Positions 19,609 through 20,000 of a stretch of DNA of 20,000 nt are shown here, one piece after another. The number at the start of each line of letters is the position of its first letter. Position 1 is the stretch's first letter. The position numbers were made by a program, and so were the translations under genes. Under the pieces are notes generated by a model. That model did no database searches. It was not told the DNA's origin and saw only the letters and a program-made list of their open reading frames with translations. Source of the stretch: Neovahlkampfia damariscottae (taxonomy: Eukaryota); contig JABLTG010000012.1 of NCBI GenBank assembly GCA_016618085.1, positions 185,748 through 205,747 of the forward strand. The letters are read 5' to 3'.

Positions 19609-19710
19609 ACCCACTTATAAACTGGCAAAAGTGACCAAAACGATCATTTCCACCAGTCTTGCAATCTACTCAAAATGGAGTAGAAAGGAGTTGGGTCTCA
19701 ACATCAACAC
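19609..19710 (-). ncRNA. Putative Fanzor omega-RNA scaffold / element right end
   Basis: Hairpins GTTG-AGACC-CAAC (19702-19690) and TCTACTC-CATTTT-GAGTAGA (19684-19665), plus a 16-18 bp stem at 19659-19619 whose G-U pairs form only on the minus strand. Overlaps the nuclease stop codon. Confidence 0.65.
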
Positions 19711-20000
19711 CATAAAGGTATTTACTCATATTTAAAGATTTGATCAATATATTTCTTGCAGCATTCAAATCTCTATCTGCTTTATAGGAACAACTTGGGC
19801 AGATAAATGTCTTGTTTCCATAAAGTTTTTGATGTATTTTTCCACATTGACCACATGTCTTTGAAGTGTATTCTTCTGTAACTACTTTGAGAGATAATTC
19901 TGGATATTCTTTTAATTTATTCATCAATCTTTGTCTAAAAGAGAAATGTGACCATGTAATTAAATTTCTTGCTGTTTTACTTCTAATCTTCCTTGCTCTT
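19670..20000 (-). mobile_element. Fanzor2 / IS607-type TnpB RNA-guided nuclease, C-terminal part (5' end outside window)
   Basis: Open frame from the window edge: RARKIRSKTARNLITWSHFSFRQRLMNK...VTEEYTSKTCGQCG...FICPSC...DRDLNAARNILIK. Intact Zn ribbon (CxxC...CxxC) and RuvC-III DRD. Confidence 0.92.

Noticed and set aside
1..20000. Bacterial defence island or giant-virus origin (SIR2 + caspase + nuclease + TnpB)
   Set aside because: Spliceosomal introns, a SIRT6/7-type sirtuin rather than a defence SIR2, no operon structure and no viral hallmark genes.

Overview
AT-rich, very gene-dense eukaryotic (protist-like) nuclear DNA. Several ORFs join in frame through tiny 27-36 nt GT-AG introns, the tRNA lacks an encoded CCA and is followed by a T-tract, and intergenic DNA is rich in CCAAT boxes. 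The DUF4116 repeats, Kelch gene and Fanzor2 would fit a heterolobosean amoeba, but that is inference. Gene content in order: class IV (SIRT6/7-like) sirtuin running off the left edge; two membrane-anchored UbiG/COQ3-like methyltransferase paralogues flanking a 1164-aa ABC1/UbiB atypical kinase; a spliced multi-TM orphan; a DUF4116 pseudogene; a membrane-anchored NucA/EndoG-like protein that appears to lack its catalytic His; a spliced caspase-family (C14) protease; a 4-intron amino-acid transporter; two orphans; a DEAD-box helicase; a Kelch protein; tRNA-Ser(UGA). At the right edge is the C-terminus of a Fanzor2/TnpB RNA-guided nuclease. It is followed by a strand-specific, G-U-rich structured region (putative omega-RNA) that ends about 20 nt from the tRNA 3' end, and this is the strongest candidate for an interesting system.
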